Below, in pieces: positions 46,991 through 55,233 of a stretch of DNA of 64,000 nucleotides. Within the stretch, counting starts at the first letter, position 1. Each line of letters starts with the position of its first letter. Location: assembly GCA_045863235.1 (NCBI GenBank), contig BTUM01000011.1, positions 61,968-125,967 of the forward strand, written 5' to 3'. The translations under genes and the position numbers were made by a program. Below the pieces are notes generated by a model. It searched no databases and was not told the origin of the DNA. It saw only the letters and a list, made by a program, of their open reading frames with translations. Source of the stretch: Candidatus Xenobia bacterium (lineage in GTDB: Bacteria; Vulcanimicrobiota; Xenobia; Xenobiales; QWHO01).

Positions 46991-49900
46991 GTGGATCCTT
47001 TGATCGGCACATCCGGCCTTCGTTCCAGCAACTGGACCGCCAGTTTGCCCCAGGCCGCCCATGAGAAGGCCAAAGAGAGCGCCGTATCGGGGCCAACCCA
47101 TGACCGGGCCCTGATCGGCGGTCTGCGCCTCAAGCAGCGCCAGGCCCCCGCGCCGCCTCCGCAGCCCGCCCCTCCGCCTGAGCCAGGGCCGGTTACCAGG
47201 GCGGTCAGCCAGCTCGCCGATCTCGGCCTCAAGATCCTGCCCGGCGCCGACGAGAAGATCGTCAAGTCATTCTCGGAGAAGTACGAAGCCCTGGTTCGTA
47301 TCGGGGCTCCCTACACGATGGTCGTCTCGGTGCAAGATCAGGCCGAGCTGGAGGCCTACACGCGCCTTCGCACCGGAAAGGAGACTCCCGGGAGCGAGCT
47401 GTCTCAGACCCACTCCAAGCTGCACGAGCTCGATGGGCAGGGAGTTTCGTTCTATTTCGAGCGAGCCACCGGTCCCTTGATGGGCAAGCTTCCGCTCGAG
47501 GGCCCCAAAGCCTGGCTGCGCACCGATGCGGCCGGGGCCGCCATCCTGCTCGCCCGGGGCGAGTCGCTGCGACTGCTCGGAGCTGACGGCCAGGACCAGA
47601 AGCTTGATTCGGCCGCCAGCCTGGACGGATCGAAGCTGACCGGCTCGGCCCAGAAGAAGGACGTGCGCGAGCTGCTCGACTTCCTCGAGAGCCTGGGCAA
47701 GGTCGAAGCCGACTTCCCTCTCGATGAGAACATCCTGGCCAGCGACTACGAGACCCAGTACTGGAATCACCAGAAGATGGCGCTCACCAGCGGAATGGTC
47801 GAGCGTCCCCAGAATTCAGACTTCCAGGCCCGGCGCAAGATGCTGGGCGACCTGGCCGAAGGGGGCGAGGTCAATCTCACCCTGCCAGGCCTGACCCGCC
47901 CGGTGCCTGTCAATCAAGAGCAGGCGGAGGCCATTCGGACCTTCTTCACCAACGCCCAGCCCCGCGATTTTGACTTCTTCGAGGCCTATCAGGCCTTCAA
48001 CGCGAGCGGGGGTAAGATCTTCGCCCGCCAGCTTCACGGTGACGCACGCGGACAACTCGTGGAGAGCAAGCATCCCATCGCCGCCCTGGTCAACCTGACC
48101 GCCGGAGGCGAGTGCGTGCTGCTCGACAGCCAGGGTAACCTGACCGGCGTCAAGGATCTGGATAGTTTCTCGATCCTCGCCTTCGGGCAGAGCGAGCCGC
48201 CCGGTTTTCGGACCGACGTAGAGGCGCTGGAGAAGACCGGTTTCACCGCCTATCGAGCCAAGAAGGCCGATGCCAACGGAACCGTCAGCGAGTGGGACGT
48301 GCCCGGACCGGCCGGGCTGTTGCGCGAGCTGAGCCAGAACCGGGCGGTGCTGGTGCGCAAGGACGACGGCACTCAGAGCGACAAAGTGATCTACGGCCTG
48401 GAGCAGTTCCGGCAGTATGCCAGGGCTCAGGCCAATGCGGCCGACCCGGCTGCCCCGCCGCCCCCACCCCGGGTCGACCCGACCACCCCCAAGGACAATC
48501 TGGTGCTGGTTTACTACTCGGCACTGCATAACTCAGATGGGCCCCTCGGAGTCTACGACGACTACGCCTACAAGCTTCAGGAGATGGGCTCGTCGGCCGA
48601 CCGGGACCTGGTGGTCTTGCGCAGCGACCGCAGCTTCAAGGAGAACCTGCGCGTCGATTATGCCCAGCCCGGTCGTTTCGAGCCGGTGGCTCGCCTGGGC
48701 AAGAGCGAGATGCTCTCCGATGCCGACTTGCTGGAAGACTTCATCTACGAGTCGGTGAAGCGGCATCCCGACGACAAGAAGATTCGCCTGGTCATGCTCG
48801 GACACGGCAGCGCCGACCAGGGTGTGATGGATGACTTCCTGGCGCAGCCGGACGGCTCGGTGAAGGCCGAGCGCATTCCCGTGGACGATCTGGCCGGGGC
48901 CATCCAATCGGCTCTGGACCGCATCGAGCGAGAGACCGGCAAGCGTCCGGTGATCGACAACCTGATCTTGAACAGCTGCTTGATGGGCAACGCCTCCGTA
49001 TTGCAGGCCCTGGCCGAGACGGGCGACGTCAGGGCGCTCTCGGCCTCGCCCGAGCTGATGCTCGACTCCTTCCCGGCCGAGGCCATCACCAGCTTGAAAG
49101 GCGACCAGGACGCCAAAGAGTACGCCCGCCAGCTGGTGGACATCTACAAGGACGCCGGAGCCTTCCCGGGCGGACGAGACAACCGCGTCAACGCCCTGGT
49201 CTACGGCTCCTATGACTGCGATCCGGCCAAAGCGGCCACCTTCAAGACCGCTCTCAAGGACTTCTTCTCGGCCTGCACGGCCCGCCCTGACCTGATCGGC
49301 TACGTGCGCGAGAACATCGAAGACTGCCCGGGCTACAACATCCACCCCACCGGTGGGCCCGGTCCGGGTTTCGACAACCGCGACCTCATCCAGGTTGCCC
49401 GGCGCATCCAGGGCGACGCCCGCATCGCTGACAAGGCCATCAAGCAGGCCTGCGGCGACCTGATCGAGGCCACGAAGGCTCAGGTCATCGCCCAGCGGGG
49501 CGAGGCCGACTACGCCGACCGTGAAGGCCCGAGCTTCTTCTTCCCGACCGAAAGGCATCGGTTCGACCCTTCCCGGCCTCCAACCGCCCTGCTGCGCGAT
49601 ACGGGCTGGTCTGACTTTATGACCATGGTGCAGGCCGCCGGGCCGCGCACCCAGGCTCACGAGCAGGCGCTCAAGCAGCTCTATGAGGCGCAGGGCGAAA
49701 GCCTGGTCGAGATGGTCATGGGCCTCAAGCCCTTCAACCCGACCGGACAGGCCATGCTCGAGCAGCAGTTCGTGAGCAAGCTGGAAAAGCCGGTCCAGGT
49801 CAGCCGCCTGCGGCAGGGCCTGAGCACCGCCCTGAAGACCGTCGCCGGCGCGCTCGGCGGCGCGCTGGGATTCGTGGTCTGTGCCGCAGCCGGGTTGCCG

Positions 49901-50317
49901 GCCGGTGCAGTTGCCGGGGCGGTGGGTGGTCTACGCGGCCATTCGCTCGACGATCCGGCTGGCAAGACGCCGACCCTGCCTGGCCAGAGCTCTCCCCCCG
50001 CCGGCCAGGGGCCGGCCGGTCCCGTGTCCAGCGCGGCCCTGGGCGACGGAACGGTGCTTCAATTGAAGCGAGAGAACAAGGGGGTCGCCCATTCCGTGCT
50101 CATGGCCTCGCTCGAGGGCGTGGGTACAGTCACCAACAAAGCGGTCAGTTATCGCTATGGCAGACTGGCCGGACTCCTGGCCGGCCTGCCCACCGGCCTG
50201 GTGGGCGGGGCAGCCACGGGAAGCATCGGGATGGGGGCAGTCGGCGCCGTAGCGGGCTGGCAACTCGGGCAGAAGCTGGTCGACTGGCTGCTGCCCGACC
50301 GTCCCCCCCGGGGTTAG
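46991..50317 (+). CDS. Large multidomain protein with clostripain-like (C11) peptidase domain and C-terminal Gly-zipper hydrophobic segments
   Basis: LVMLGHGS (His), LILNSCLMG (Cys), SASPE and YGSYD; C-terminal GALGGALG...GLVGGAATG; no signal peptide. Confidence 0.75.
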   Translation: MDPLIGTSGLRSSNWTASLPQAAHEKAKESAVSGPTHDRALIGGLRLKQRQAPAPPPQPAPPPEPGPVTRAVSQLADLGLKILPGADEKIVKSFSEKYEALVRIGAPYTMVVSVQDQAELEAYTRLRTGKETPGSELSQTHSKLHELDGQGVSFYFERATGPLMGKLPLEGPKAWLRTDAAGAAILLARGESLRLLGADGQDQKLDSAASLDGSKLTGSAQKKDVRELLDFLESLGKVEADFPLDENILASDYETQYWNHQKMALTSGMVERPQNSDFQARRKMLGDLAEGGEVNLTLPGLTRPVPVNQEQAEAIRTFFTNAQPRDFDFFEAYQAFNASGGKIFARQLHGDARGQLVESKHPIAALVNLTAGGECVLLDSQGNLTGVKDLDSFSILAFGQSEPPGFRTDVEALEKTGFTAYRAKKADANGTVSEWDVPGPAGLLRELSQNRAVLVRKDDGTQSDKVIYGLEQFRQYARAQANAADPAAPPPPPRVDPTTPKDNLVLVYYSALHNSDGPLGVYDDYAYKLQEMGSSADRDLVVLRSDRSFKENLRVDYAQPGRFEPVARLGKSEMLSDADLLEDFIYESVKRHPDDKKIRLVMLGHGSADQGVMDDFLAQPDGSVKAERIPVDDLAGAIQSALDRIERETGKRPVIDNLILNSCLMGNASVLQALAETGDVRALSASPELMLDSFPAEAITSLKGDQDAKEYARQLVDIYKDAGAFPGGRDNRVNALVYGSYDCDPAKAATFKTALKDFFSACTARPDLIGYVRENIEDCPGYNIHPTGGPGPGFDNRDLIQVARRIQGDARIADKAIKQACGDLIEATKAQVIAQRGEADYADREGPSFFFPTERHRFDPSRPPTALLRDTGWSDFMTMVQAAGPRTQAHEQALKQLYEAQGESLVEMVMGLKPFNPTGQAMLEQQFVSKLEKPVQVSRLRQGLSTALKTVAGALGGALGFVVCAAAGLPAGAVAGAVGGLRGHSLDDPAGKTPTLPGQSSPPAGQGPAGPVSSAALGDGTVLQLKRENKGVAHSVLMASLEGVGTVTNKAVSYRYGRLAGLLAGLPTGLVGGAATGSIGMGAVGAVAGWQLGQKLVDWLLPDRPPRG

Positions 50318-50449
50318 CCAGGGCGGCGTTGCCGGGTCCCGGCCGCCGCATTTACGCCGTGAGGCGGTGGGGAGCGCTTGATACCGTCAGATGGCCACAG
50401 GCTCCGCCGCGCGGAGGACCAATCCCGGCCGTTTGCCGAAAGGGTTATC

Positions 50450-51955
50450 ATGAACCTCTTGGTAGAGCCGGCCGCTCACCTGGATTTCCTTGCTGCTCTG
50501 CTACCAGGACATACCTTGAATGGCCTGGGGGATGCCCGGGCGGCCCTGTTTTGCCTGGACAGTGGCTCAGCCGAGGAGCTCGAACGCCTGCACCAGTTTT
50601 GTCGTATCCGGCCGACTACGGCCGTGATCGTCGTGGCTCCCGAGCTGAGCGGCGTTGCCCTGGCGAGCCTGCGTGCAAAGGTGAAGAAGAACGGGGCCCA
50701 GGAGGCCCTGACCAGGGCCGAGCTTCCCGTCCACCTTCCCCGCGCACTCGATTACGCGCTCGAGCGTGCAAGCTTGCTGGGTGAACTGGATAGCTGGCGC
50801 CATTCCGAGGACGTGGCCGAGGCGGCCAACAAGCGCGCATCCCAGGTCCTGGCCATGGTGAGTCATGAGATTCGCGGGCGCATGACCGTGATTAACTTCA
50901 TGTCCACCCTGGCAGTGGACGAGCGCACCAAAGAGGAGCGCCGCAGCGAGTGCCTGCGGGTGCTCAAGGAATCCTCCGAATCCCTCCAGTCACTGCTCAA
51001 TGACCTGCTCGACCACGCCAAGCTACTTGAGGGCGAGCTGACTCTGTCCCCCATCGACTTCAACCTGCGCAATCTGCTTGAAAATACGGTGAGCGGCTTT
51101 CGAATCCTGGCCGAGAGCAAAGGGGTCGAGGTGCGCGTGGAGGTCAGCTCGGCCGTGCCCGACTCGTTGATCGGCGACCCCGGTCGCCTGCGCCAGATCC
51201 TCGTCAATCTCCTGGGCAACGCGCTCAAGTTTACCAGCCAGGGGTCGGTGATTCTGAGGGTGGAGCCTGGCGTGCGTTTTTCAGTGAGCGACACCGGAGT
51301 GGGCATCCCCAAACACCTTCATGAGCGCGTCTTCAAGCCCTACGCCCAGGCCGAGCATTCCACGGCACGCAAGTATGGCGGCACCGGACTGGGGCTGACT
51401 ATCGCTTCACGGCTCGTCGAGCTGATGGGCGGTAAGCTCGAGCTTGACAGCGAGCCGGGACGGGGCACCACTTTCTTCTTTACGGCTCAACTCGAGCCTC
51501 ACCCCACTGACCACCCCTCCGTGATCGAGCAGGTCGACCTGGCTGGCCTGCCGGTCCTGGTGGTGGACAGCCACGCACACAGTCAGCGGCACAGCCTGAG
51601 AGCTTTGACCGAGGCTGGAGTGGAGGTCGTAGCGGTCGATGACGGCCATCAGGCCCTTGATCGACTGCGCGAGAAGCACTTCAGGGTGGCCCTCGTTGAC
51701 ATGGTGCTGCCGGACGGGGACGGGTTTCAACTGGCTGAAGAGATTCGGGCTCTGGGCGATGAGACCCGGGTCGTGCTGCTCACTTCGGCTGGCCAGCGCG
51801 GCGACGCAGCTCGCTGTCTCGCGTTGGGTGTAGCAGGATATCTGACCCGCCCGGTTGAGCCAGAAGACCTGCTCGACGCAGTGCGCCTCGTGGAGGCCGG
51901 ATCACGCACCTTGGTGACTCGTCACACTCTCCGGGAGGCGCGTGAGTGCAGCTGA
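50450..51955 (+). CDS. Hybrid histidine kinase (receiver-like N-terminus, HisKA, HATPase, receiver)
   Basis: SHEIR, GDPGRLRQILVNLLGNALKFT, DTGVG and GGTGLGL; C-terminal receiver with DMVLP. Confidence 0.92.
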   Translation: MNLLVEPAAHLDFLAALLPGHTLNGLGDARAALFCLDSGSAEELERLHQFCRIRPTTAVIVVAPELSGVALASLRAKVKKNGAQEALTRAELPVHLPRALDYALERASLLGELDSWRHSEDVAEAANKRASQVLAMVSHEIRGRMTVINFMSTLAVDERTKEERRSECLRVLKESSESLQSLLNDLLDHAKLLEGELTLSPIDFNLRNLLENTVSGFRILAESKGVEVRVEVSSAVPDSLIGDPGRLRQILVNLLGNALKFTSQGSVILRVEPGVRFSVSDTGVGIPKHLHERVFKPYAQAEHSTARKYGGTGLGLTIASRLVELMGGKLELDSEPGRGTTFFFTAQLEPHPTDHPSVIEQVDLAGLPVLVVDSHAHSQRHSLRALTEAGVEVVAVDDGHQALDRLREKHFRVALVDMVLPDGDGFQLAEEIRALGDETRVVLLTSAGQRGDAARCLALGVAGYLTRPVEPEDLLDAVRLVEAGSRTLVTRHTLREARECS

Positions 51956-52015
51956 CGTGATAAGCGCCAAACCCTGCGCCCGGCGGTAAGCGGCGCCCCG
52001 GGACAAGCAGAAAGA

Positions 52016-52717
52016 CTACCCCGCAAGCCTCAAGCTCAGGCGTTCACGCATTTGCTTCAGCGCTCGCGTGTGCAGCTGCGAGACCCGCGGCTCGGACACC
52101 CTGAGCCGGACGGAGATCTCTTTCATCGGTACGTTCTCGAGGTAATACCAGGTCACAATCTGACGCTCACGCTCGGGCAGTTGCGCGATCGTCTTGGCTA
52201 ACTCGCGCTCCGACTCGGCGCGTTCGAACTCGGTTTCCACGCAGACGACGTCGGCCAGTTGCCGGGCCGGGCTGCCGTCCGGCCGTTCGGCATCGAACGA
52301 CTGGAGGAAGCTGCTGGCCAGATCCTGGCGGCGCCGGTCCACCTCTGCCGGGCTCAATCCAAGCTGCTCGCCCAACTCGCTGTTGTCGGGTTGACGACCG
52401 AGCTGTTGCAGCAGTTTCTCGTCCGCTCTCACCAGGTCATGGCAGCGGCGGCGGCCCGGACGACTCATCCAGTCCTGAGCCCGCAGCGAGTCCAGCATGC
52501 TGCCCCGTATCCGTGAGGAGGCAAATCGCATGAGTGATCCGCCCCGGGCGGGGTCAAAGCGACGCTCGGCCTCGAGCAGGCCCACGTAACCATCCTGGAC
52601 CAGATCCTCCCGGTCCAGCCCGCAGGGCAGGTGCCGGGCCAGCTTGCGAGCCATTCCCTCGACCATGGGAGCGAAGTGGAGCAGGGTCTGGTTGGTCTCG
52701 GTCTGGAGCACGCTCAT
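52016..52717 (-). CDS. FliA/WhiG-family sigma factor (sigma28-like)
   Basis: DLVQ.G..GL..A..RFDP, RIRGSMLDSLR..DW and MKEI...L.VSE.RVSQLH; GAGGAGG RBS. Confidence 0.92.
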   Translation of the reverse strand: MSVLQTETNQTLLHFAPMVEGMARKLARHLPCGLDREDLVQDGYVGLLEAERRFDPARGGSLMRFASSRIRGSMLDSLRAQDWMSRPGRRRCHDLVRADEKLLQQLGRQPDNSELGEQLGLSPAEVDRRRQDLASSFLQSFDAERPDGSPARQLADVVCVETEFERAESERELAKTIAQLPERERQIVTWYYLENVPMKEISVRLRVSEPRVSQLHTRALKQMRERLSLRLAG

Positions 52718-52815
52718 GGCGGTGACCTCCTCGAATTCGTTCTCATGAGCTTGCATTGACTGTCCCGTGGCCGGGCACTTGTGCCCGGGTCCAACTGGAG
52801 GGCTGGCCCGGGGAG

Positions 52816-52833
52816 GGTAGGGAGATCCCTACC
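52816..52833. promoter_or_regulatory. Perfect palindrome between divergent sigma genes
   Basis: GGTAGGGA-GA-TCCCTACC. Confidence 0.55.
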
Positions 52834-52927
52834 AGAGTGGGGGGAGAGCCTGCGAGAGGAGGCAGGAGGTGCCCGATGTCACCGTACCCCGCAGGCGCGT
52901 ATCCTGAGGTCAGGAGGTGAACGACCG

Positions 52928-53611
52928 ATGAAGCCCTGCTGGAGTCTGAAGACCGATGCCTGCGCCACCTGCCCTCTGCGATACCTCAAGAGTGTCGCCG
53001 GGACGTGCTGCCGCGCCGCCCGACCCACTGACGAGTTGCGCGCTCTGCAGCTCGACCTGCTCGACCGGGCGCGCCGCCAGGAGCCTGCCGCGATCGACGA
53101 GCTGATGGCCGGGTACGGCTGGTTGGTCGAGCACATCAGCCGAGGCTACTTTCTCCCAGGTGCAGAGCGCGAGGACCTGCTCCAGGAAGGCCGTCTGGGT
53201 CTGTGGGAGGCCGTCTGCAGCTTTGACGCGGCTTACGGTCGACCGCTGGGAGTGCACATCGCCATGCAGGTGCGCAACCGCATCCTGCAGGCCGTGCGCA
53301 CGGCCACTCGAAAAAAACACTCTCTGCTCAGCGAGGCTACCCCGCTTGAGGGTCTGCAGAGCCCGCCCGGCTCGGAGGATGGCGAACCTACCGTCGTGCT
53401 CACCGAGGATCTGGTTCGCAGGCTCAGCCACCACTTGCACGAGCGGCTCTCGGGCCTGGAGCTCAGTGCCCTGGCAAGCCGCCTGGGGGCAGGTTCCGTG
53501 GAGGACGTGGCGCGCCGCCAGCAGGTTTCCTCGCGCCAGGTGGAAAACGCTCTGTTCCGCGCCAGGCAAAAGGCAAGACAGGCCTTGATGCAACTCGGGC
53601 AAGCCGTCTGA
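52928..53611 (+). CDS. SigH (Firmicute sigma-H)-like sigma factor with Cys-rich N-terminal extension
   Basis: YFLPGAEREDLLQEG..GL..A...FD, AVRTATRKKH.LL and VENALFRA; AGGAGGTG RBS. Confidence 0.85.
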   Translation: MKPCWSLKTDACATCPLRYLKSVAGTCCRAARPTDELRALQLDLLDRARRQEPAAIDELMAGYGWLVEHISRGYFLPGAEREDLLQEGRLGLWEAVCSFDAAYGRPLGVHIAMQVRNRILQAVRTATRKKHSLLSEATPLEGLQSPPGSEDGEPTVVLTEDLVRRLSHHLHERLSGLELSALASRLGAGSVEDVARRQQVSSRQVENALFRARQKARQALMQLGQAV

Positions 53612-53624
53612 GAGGAGATAGACC

Positions 53625-54125
53625 GTGAATCTCGAGGATCTACCCGATCAGGCCGTGCTCCTGGATGCCTCGGGGCAGGTCGTGACGGTCAACCGACTCT
53701 GGACCGAGGCCGCCGGTCGCTATCAAGGCCTCGGGGTGAGGCCGGCTCCTGGAGAGAGCTATCTCGAGGCCCTGCGGGGACCAGACCCGAGCCTGCTTGA
53801 AGCGGTCGAAAGCGTCCTGAGCGGTCGGGCCACCCGCGCGACCTTGGAATATAGCTGCTTTGAGGAGCTCGAGCGTCGCCACTTCATGGCCCTGATCTGG
53901 CGGCTTGGAGAGGAAACCGTCGCCCTCCACCAGGATGTCACTCCGGCTGTGTCCCGGCGTCGTCGCTGGGCTCACGAGGTGAACAATAGCCTGACCGCGC
54001 TCATGTGCTACTTGAGCCTGGGCATGCCGATGCTGGACCCGGGGTCGGCCGCCCGCGAGCACCTGGTCCCGGCCGAGGAAGCCGCCCGCCAGCTGCTCGA
54101 CCTGGTCAACCAGCGCCCCAACTGA
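53625..54125 (+). CDS. PAS plus HisKA(DHp)-only protein, no ATPase domain
   Basis: LLDASG.V..VN..W PAS fold ending HQDVT, then WAHEVNNSL; ends at 166 aa; AGGAGA RBS. Confidence 0.72.
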   Translation: MNLEDLPDQAVLLDASGQVVTVNRLWTEAAGRYQGLGVRPAPGESYLEALRGPDPSLLEAVESVLSGRATRATLEYSCFEELERRHFMALIWRLGEETVALHQDVTPAVSRRRRWAHEVNNSLTALMCYLSLGMPMLDPGSAAREHLVPAEEAARQLLDLVNQRPN

Positions 54126-54143
54126 GGGGAGTGACGGAACCGA

Positions 54144-55205
54144 TCAGGAGAGGCTGGCGCGAATCTCGATGAGTGCGGGCAGCGAAGACATGAACGCGTC
54201 CACCACCATGCTATCGAAATGCTTGCCGCGACAGCGCTCGAGCTCGGCCACCGCTTCCTCGACGGGCCAGGCTGCCTTGTAGGGCCGGGGGGAGACCAGC
54301 GCGTCGAACACGTCGCAGACGGCCACGATGCGGCCGTGTAGCGGGATGGCCTCGCCGGAAAGGCGGGCCGGGTAGCCGTTGCCATCCCACTTCTCGTGGT
54401 GGGTCCGGGCGATCACCTCGGCCGCCTGAAGCAAGGGAACGTCGCTGCCGGACAGGATGGCGGCTCCGATCAATGTGTGGGTCTTGATGACCTCGAACTC
54501 CTCGGGCTCGAGCTTGCCAGGCTTGAGCAGGATGGAATCGGGAATGCCCACTTTGCCGATGTCATGCAGGGGGCTGGCCAGGCGAACCAACTCGCACTCC
54601 TCGGGGTCGAGACCGAGCCGTGAGGCGACGATCCCGGCATACTCGCCCAACCGCCGGGTATGATGGCCCGTGTCGTCGTCGCGGTACTCGCAGGCCAGGC
54701 CCAGGCGTTTGAGGATCTCGTGGTGAGCCCGGATGATCTCGCCGGAGCGACGCAGCACCTCCTGCTCGAGTGTCTCGCGCTCGTGCTCGGTACGCACGTA
54801 GAGGCGTCGAATCTGGAGCATGTTGCGCACTCGGGCCACCACCTCGACCGGCAGAAAAGGCTTGGCCAGAAAGTCGCGTGCGCCGGCAGTCAGGGCTCGC
54901 ACCCTCTCAGAAGGATCGTTCATGCCCGTCAATACCAGGATCGGTGCGTAGCCGTCGGGCTCGAGCTCGGTCCAGGTCTGCATGAGCTCTTCCCCGCTCA
55001 GGCCCGGCATGGACAGGTCGAGAACCACCGCATCAGGGTTGTAAATCTGGTAGAGGTCGCGGGCCTGAAAGGGGTCACTGATGCCGAGCACGTTGCGAAA
55101 GCCGGCCCGGTGGAGAATGTCAGTGAGCAGCTTGACCAGAGATTCGTCGTCATCCACAACCAGGACACGTCCGTTCTGGTCATCACCAGCTTGAATCGCC
55201 AACAT
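54144..55205 (-). CDS. Response regulator with HD-GYP phosphodiesterase domain (RpfG-like)
   Basis: Receiver (VVDD, LDLSMP, KP); TGHH, LHDIGK, HHEKWDGNGYP and DVFDAL. Confidence 0.95.
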   Translation of the reverse strand: MLAIQAGDDQNGRVLVVDDDESLVKLLTDILHRAGFRNVLGISDPFQARDLYQIYNPDAVVLDLSMPGLSGEELMQTWTELEPDGYAPILVLTGMNDPSERVRALTAGARDFLAKPFLPVEVVARVRNMLQIRRLYVRTEHERETLEQEVLRRSGEIIRAHHEILKRLGLACEYRDDDTGHHTRRLGEYAGIVASRLGLDPEECELVRLASPLHDIGKVGIPDSILLKPGKLEPEEFEVIKTHTLIGAAILSGSDVPLLQAAEVIARTHHEKWDGNGYPARLSGEAIPLHGRIVAVCDVFDALVSPRPYKAAWPVEEAVAELERCRGKHFDSMVVDAFMSSLPALIEIRASLS

Positions 55206-55233
55206 CACACACCTCCTCAAGAATGCTCGCTCA

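Noticed and set aside
50416..50445. GCCGAAAG as a sigma28 -10 box before the hybrid kinase
   Set aside because: No TAAA-like -35 element at the expected spacing.
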